A stretch of DNA of 64,000 nucleotides from Ginglymostoma cirratum (lineage: Eukaryota), in contig JAHRHZ010000046.1 of NCBI GenBank assembly GCA_024137785.1, positions 11,770,914-11,834,913 of the forward strand, written 5' to 3'. Positions 57,785-64,000 of this stretch are shown here, piece after piece. A program made the position numbers and the translations under genes. Below the pieces are notes generated by a model, which was not told where the DNA came from, made no database searches, and saw only the letters and a list, made by a program, of their open reading frames with translations. How positions within the stretch are numbered: the first letter of the stretch is position 1; each line of letters starts with the position of its first letter.

Positions 57785-58445
57785 TAGAGCCATGTCCATG
57801 TCATTAATGTGTGAACATGAAGGTGAAATAGAGATGAATCAAAACCATCCTACGCGATAATGGCTGTCCTGTTCTGATCATTGCACAAGCTATAGCAAGC
57901 AAGCAAACTCGTGGGGCTACTTTTGGTCTTGTGAAGTGCCCAGTCTCCCTCTCATTTGTTAAGGTATCTCCACAGTTTGAGCAACAGGTGGAATTAACTG
58001 TTTTGACACTGCTGCTACGGTGTTTGCCGCTCGCAGCATGCTGGTCTCCAAGAAAAAAGATGTTCTGCCTATCTCTCAAATGAGAAATGTGGTATGTGAA
58101 TTTCAGTGCAGCTGTGGTACCTTGCTGTGTAGGTTGTATGTTCCACAGACTGGCAGATCATATCAAACTACAAATCCTTTTATCTCTTTGCAACTAGCAA
58201 AGTACAGACTGTGCCCAATCAGCTGCACTTGGAAAAGTCAAAACATGGTGTCCAACTTTGGTTGTGACTTCACCATTTGACAAGACTAAACCTGAGGATG
58301 CAAATAATTACAATGACAATCAAATTGAGATTTTCAATTGGGCTCAGTGTGGCACAGACATGTAATTTCCAGTGCACATATGTAATTCCATAGGCCGCGG
58401 TTTTTTGGAAGCAGAAAGAACATGTACACACACTGCACCCATCTC
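57785..58445 (+). mobile_element. Decayed Penelope-like element coding remnant (GIY-YIG endonuclease region)
   Basis: KKDVLPISQMRNVVCEFQCSCG followed, after a frameshift, by (Y/C)VG..HRLADHIK; resembles the PLE motif VVY..C.C..YVG.T.R.L..RI. Confidence 0.6.
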
Positions 58446-58454
58446 ATCTCAACT

Positions 58455-58750
58455 CGGAAGTCTAGAACCAGGGCTCGCAGTCTTAAGATTTGGGGTAGGC
58501 CATTTAGGACTCGGATCCAAAGAAATTATTTCACTCAGAGAGTGGTAATCCCATTGAATTCTCTGCCGCAGAAAGTGGTTAAGACCAAATGGATTGAGTG
58601 CTTCAAGAAGGTGTTCGATGTAGTTGTTGTGTATAAAGGGATCAAAATGTGTTGGGGGGGAAAGCAGGAATAGGGTACAGAGTTGGATGAACAGTCGTGA
58701 TCATATTGAATTGTGGTGCAGGCATAAAGGACTGAATGACCTTCTGCTGT
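58455..58750 (+). mobile_element. CR1 LINE 3' fragment
   Basis: SRTRARSLKIWGRPFRTRIQRNYFTQRVV; colinear with 61660..61945. Confidence 0.85.
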
Positions 58751-61309
58751 TATCTGCAGCTGACTGCAATTTGCTGATTCAGTTTCTCAGAGCAATATCT
58801 TTGCCAGAATCAACCTGCTTGTTTTAAAATTTAAACAAACCTTGTCAGTTAACTCTCGGGCATCATTAGCTGGTGCAGTGTCAATGACCATGTCTTTACC
58901 AATCACAGCCCACTTGCCAATCAATCAGCCCTTGCCTTTGATACAGGTTAAATCTTGTTTTCTGTTTACTTTGGTAATTCCTAGAGATTGTTCTGAAGTC
59001 ATCAGGTTGAAAAGATTTGACAAAATGTATTTTTAATTTCAGTTTTATACAGGATAAATATATATGCGCGGTTGGTGTAGGACACCAATTTGAACATGCA
59101 TTTGAAGGAGTGAGAAAGGACAAGAGGAATGGTACCAGCATGATGTATCAGACTCTTGGGAGTGGTTTTCAGTGAAATAGACATAATTCTTGTCTTCATG
59201 TTCTGACTTTACGTGTCGCATTCTGTTCTGACATTACTTGAAGGTTTCTTTTGAGTACAAATGATGTGAAGAAACAATGACTGCTGTCAAAAAACGAATG
59301 GAAAATTTCTATGACCCACAGCCTGCTGATGTTTCTGTATGCATCTTTGCTTTTTCTGTCTGGTAATGTAAATAAACAACTGAAAACCATTTCCTTATTT
59401 ACGGACTGAAAGACAGCTCAGCTGCAACTATCAAATTAGGATAGAGAGCTAATGTTCTGACTTGGCGGTTACGTCACGAAGAAATGCACAGCACTTGCTT
59501 TGTGCTTCCCATACTAAAAGCAGCATGCGTCCAATACTTCAATTTTTCTGATGCTGACTAACCTCCTGTTTTAAGTTGGACATTTTCTGCTGTATTCTGC
59601 TACTTTTCCATTGGCTAATTCATAGCAGAGTTAGACTAGTTTTACTTGTTTACAGAATACCAACCTGTACACTTACTCTGTCATAGTTAATCTCATGGAC
59701 AGGAACCCATTTGTTGACCTAATTTAGTTATCCCAAAGTACAAAATTCAAATTTATTGTTTGGTTTTACAAATCATACTACATTAATTCCTATATTTTGA
59801 GCCAATTTCCCTAGTCATCTGTTTTTAACTCTCGCCATATGTGTTTTCTCGCTCTATTTCAAGTGGTAGAGCTGTCGGTTGTCCACCCTATCCACCTCAT
59901 CATTGAATTTGTGTCTTTCGACTTTTTTAAATGCCCTTTGAAACCCTGTCTCTTCTGCATCTAATTCTTCTAATATATAATATCAGAGATTGCCCTGTGG
60001 AATGCCTGTTCATGTAATGGTATGTTAAAAGATGCTATGTATTGATTACAACAAATGCCAATACCACAGACGCACGTGGATTATGTCCTGCACTTTTTCA
60101 GGTGCTGGCATCAATCCTAGAGTAAACTTGTAGACCCCTGCCTACCAGCAGCTGGGATCGCTTGGTGGTTTATTTTTATTCCCTGCATGAGGCTAAGTAT
60201 GGTTGTGTTTATTGCAGTTTCCAGGGTGATTTGAAAGCATTCTGAGTGCCACATTATGTCCGACAGGAGTCTCTTGTAGGACAGACTGGGAGGAGTGTTG
60301 GAATTTTTGGAATTATTAAAATAATGTTTATTATCGCAAATGTTTATTACATTGGCACTTAGGTTGGTCTTGGAAGGACTGCTCACTTAAAACAGCTACA
60401 AGGTATAGCTGGTATGGATTTTCTAAGTTGCTTAATGATGAAAGACTAAGTTGTGTAGCACTTCATCACATCTCAAAGTCGGAAAGCATCTTGTACACGC
60501 TGAATTACTTTGAAATGCTGCCGCTGCTTGGTGAGCAAAAGCAGCAGCATTTTAGGCGTTAATAATTTTTAACCATGTAGCAGAATGGGAAGAAAGTCTG
60601 TCTCTTCTAGCGCTGCTTAAGGGAGGAATGATGACCCGATCAAAGGGATCTTCACCTAATTATACCATTAAATGACATCAACAGTATGCTCCAAACGGAT
60701 TATTGCAATGAAATGTTGTAGTAAATTTAACCATGGAGTGGGCCTCAATCTGAAATTTTGGTGCAATACTGCTATCAGCTGTGCCGTGGCATATTAGGAG
60801 TGATGCAGCAGGGATATCAGTAACTGCAAAGAAATACGAGATGAACCTTTTTAGGCATAACTAAATGATTAAAGAACTGTCTCTTAGCAAAATTACGAGG
60901 AGAAAAGCAAAGTCATTAGTAACTGAGCTAAAGAGGCAGTATCCAGCTTGTTTTAAATAACTCAATTGGAGTTCTGTCACTCTCCAAGTCCTCTGACAGG
61001 AGTCACTTTCCATGACGCATTCTCCTCATTTTCCCCTGTTTCTTAATTGCTTGACACGATTTTCTTCCCTAATTCTCTCAATTTCCAGACCCATACCTAA
61101 TAGGTTAAAGGCCTAAATGTTCGAGTCTTGGGATATTTAGATGCCAGGCATAACCTAAAGATAAGAATCCGAGCCCTTTAGAAGTCTCAATGTATGACTT
61201 TGCAGGAATTGTCTGGAATTTAAACATCCAACGGATAATTCCCCAGCTTCCCAGGAACCTGTGCAAATATCTTGGATTTGGAATCAGGAAATTTTGAAAA
61301 ACCTCTGAC

Positions 61310-61966
61310 TTGAAGAAAGCTAATGGCATTGCTGGCCTTCATAACAAGAGGAATTGAGTATAGGAGCGAAGAGGTCCTTCTGCAGCTGTACAGGGCCCTG
61401 GTGAGACCGCACCTGGAGTATTGTGTGCAGTTTTGGTCTCCGAATTTGAGGAAGGATATTCTTGCTATTGACGGAGTGCAGCGTAGGTTCACGAGGTTAA
61501 TTCCCGGAATGGCGGGACTGTCGTATGTTGAAAGATTGGAGCGACTGGGCTTGTATACGCTTGAGTTTAGAAGGATGAGAGGGGATCTCATTGAGACGTA
61601 TAAGATTATTAAGGGATTGGACACTCTGGAGGCAGGGAGCATGGTTCCGCTGATGGGTGAGTCCAGAACCAGAGGACACAGTTTAAAAATAAGGGGTAGG
61701 CCAATTAGAACAGAGTCGAGGAAGAACTTCTTCACCCAGAGAGTGGTGGATATATGGAATGCTCTGCCCCAGAAGGCAGTGGAGGCCAAGTCTCTGGATA
61801 CTTTGAAGATAGAGATGGATAGAGCTCTTATAGATAATGGAATCAAGGGTTACGGGGATAAGGCAGGAGCAGGATACTGATTGTGGATGATCAGCCATGA
61901 TCATAATGAATGGTGGTGCTGGCTCGAAGGGCCGAATGGCCTACTCCTGCACCTATTGTCTATTGT
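61310..61966 (+). mobile_element. Young 5'-truncated CR1 (HER1-like) LINE with open ORF2 C-terminus
   Basis: ORF 61323..61880: LYRALVRPHLEYCVQFWSP...QRRFTRLIPG...RRMRGDLIETYKI...FFTQRVVDIWNALP; 3' UTR ends in ctattgt x2. Confidence 0.95.
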
Positions 61967-62569
61967 TTGCCTGGATAGTTGCACAGGAAATGTTAGAAAT
62001 AATTTTAATCTAATTTGTGGGTAATTACAACTGAGCCTTTTGACTCTGTCTTTTTAACCCTTCCCTCTCTGGTTCCCCAAACTGATATCCTGACCCTGTC
62101 CACACTGCTATTTGACCCAGTTGGCACCTGCCATACTGCCATTTAACTCAGCCACACTTTTATGCATGAATGCTACAAAAAAGGACTGTGGCTTCACTCT
62201 TTCTTTCTCCCAGTGATGCTGTGTGTTGATGAAACACTCTGGTGGAAAACTGGTCTGCCTTTCTGACGTGGCTAATTTTCGAAGTCCTGGCCACAGATGC
62301 GGAGGTCCGTCATAGGGAAAAATAGGAACAGAGGGACAATCTTACAGTGACTTCCTCTCCTCCAGATGTTTTGGGCAATATTGTGTTCGCTTCATGGATG
62401 CTGGAGGCCGTGCTGAAATTTGTTTTCACGTATTCCTTGGTGGCAGTTACTCGCTTTGGTTTTAAAATTTTGATCAATGTAAAATACAACTCAACTTTTA
62501 ATCATAACTGCAATCTGTTCCTTGTCCTGTTAGCGTCTTGTGCTAATTCAGAGAGGACCATAAAAATAA

Positions 62570-63000
62570 ACCTTCACCTTTCCAGAGAAAACAATGAGTT
62601 TTTCTAGCGCCTCCATAGAGCACATACCCTCTAATCCTGGTAAACCTCTTCGGCACCCTCTCCAAAGCCTCCACATGCTTACTGTAATGTGGTGACCAGA
62701 GTTGAAAACAATTCTCGAAGTGTGGCCTAAACAATGTCTTATAAAGGTACAACATGCCATCCTGACTCTTGTACTCAATTCTCCAACCAATAAAGGCAGC
62801 ATGCCATGTGCTGCCTTTGCCATCAGATCTACTTGCGTGGCCACTTTCAGGGAGCTGTGGACTTGAACCACAGGATGTCTCTGTACATCAGTACAGTACA
62901 GTGTAGTTCCTGCCATTAACTGTATACTTCTCCTTAACATTTGATTTCCCAAAGTGCAGCCCCTCGTACTTAGCCAGAATAAACTCTGTCCACCTTTTCT
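62570..63000 (-). mobile_element. Decayed CR1 LINE fragment
   Basis: LYKTLFRPHFENCFQLWSPHYSKHVEALERVPKRFTR on the minus strand. Confidence 0.85.
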
Positions 63001-63011
63001 CTGACATCATC

Positions 63012-63332
63012 TCTCAACATTCAGCATTCACTCCTTCACTGCTGATGTACAAGGGTGGCAGTGTGTTCTATCGGATGCATTGTTGGAACAGTAAGGCTGC
63101 TTCAGCAGCACCTTCCAAATCTGGGACCTCTGCCATGTAGAAGCACAATGCCAGCAGGTACATGGGAACACCACCACCTGCAAGTCCCTCAATATCCTGA
63201 CGCGGAACTATATTGCCATTCCCTCATTGTTAAGGGGTCAAAAGCCTAGGGCTCTGTCTAACAGCACTGAGTGTCCCGACAACAAAAACTGCAGCAGTTC
63301 AAATAGGCAGCTGATTATCACCGCCACTTCCT
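63012..63332 (+). mobile_element. CR1/L2-group LINE 3' fragment
   Basis: cagcaccttccaaat... colinear with ~3050..3350. Confidence 0.6.
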
Positions 63333-63335
63333 GGA

Positions 63336-63545
63336 CAAGTCCATCATGAAAATTAGCCTTTCTTCCATTGACTCCATCTACACTTCCTGCTGCCTCAGGA
63401 AAGCAGTCAAAATAATCAAAAATTCCTCCCACCCTGATTATATTCTCTTCTACCCTCTTCGATTGGGCAAAAGATACAAAAGTTTGAAAACTTGTGCCAA
63501 CAGATTTTAACAGCTTCTTTCCTGCTGGTATCAGACTTCTGTTAA
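63336..63545 (+). mobile_element. Rex1/Babar-like 3' fragment
   Basis: tccattgactccatctacacttcctgctgc...aacagcttctttcctgctg colinear with 23060..23260. Confidence 0.7.
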
Positions 63546-63634
63546 GGCAAACCACGGCAGGACTTAGACAGTTAACAGTAAGGGCCTGGGGAATATTGCT
63601 GAACAAAGAGACCTAGGGTGGAGGTGCCTAGCTC

Positions 63635-63962
63635 ATGGAATCGTAGAATCCCTAAAGTGTGGAAACAGGCCCTTCGGTCCAACAAGTCCACACCGAACCT
63701 CAGGGCATCCCACCCAGACCCATTCCCCTCTAACCCACCTAATCTAGGTATCCCTGAACATTGTGGGAAATTTAGCGTGGCCAATCCACCTAGCCTGCAC
63801 ATCTTTGGACTGTGGGAGGAAACCGGAGCACGTGGAGGAAACCCACGTGGACACGGGGAGAATGTGCAAACTCCACACAGACGGTCGCCTGAGGCTGGAA
63901 TTGAACCTGGGTCCCTGGTGCTGTGAGGCAGCAGTGCTAACCAGCGTGCCATCGTGCTGCCC
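63635..63962 (-). mobile_element. Full-length HE1/V-SINE-like SINE nested in a CR1 fragment
   Basis: Minus strand: gggcagcacgatggcacgctggttagcactgctgcctcacagcaccagggacccaggttcaattcc head, V-domain-like centre and tail. CR1-like sequence on both sides (63570..63634 and 63970..64000). Confidence 0.9.
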
Positions 63963-64000
63963 CTTGAAAGTTCCTTGAAAGTGGAGTTGCAGGTAGACGG

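Noticed and set aside
61220-61846. 208-aa minus-strand ORF
   Set aside because: Antisense shadow of the young CR1 ORF2 fragment.
63890-63962. tRNA-like sequence (also at ~16652, ~34038, ~50540)
   Set aside because: These are SINE heads continuing into SINE body and tail; no complete cloverleaf was seen.

Overview
Eukaryotic (vertebrate) genomic DNA, not prokaryotic. The whole window lies inside one + strand gene, muskelin (MKLN1). Eleven internal coding exons (exons 2-12 by human numbering, 1427 nt, 3999..55260) can be read directly and join into one open frame: discoidin domain, LisH/CTLH and kelch repeats. Exon 1 and exons 13 onward were not found in the window. The introns carry a repeat set typical of cartilaginous fish (probably a shark; inferred from the repeats only): HE1/V-SINE-like SINEs, CR1, Rex1/Babar-like and CR1/L2-group LINE fragments, a decayed Penelope-like GIY-YIG region and a 400-N gap. 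Three points deserve a second look. (1) A young family of short, often fold-back, Penelope-derived insertions carries minimal hammerhead-ribozyme cores (CUGANGA-A-stem II-GAAACGUC); one copy is a 2x100-bp near-perfect palindrome. (2) Three muskelin splice sites are unusual: a CAG/TAG tandem acceptor whose upstream AG gives an immediate stop codon, a GC-AG intron, and a SINE inserted about 10 nt from the exon 8 acceptor. (3) Most ORFs in the supplied track are spurious. Repeat boundaries were set by eye and are approximate; no database search or folding was run.
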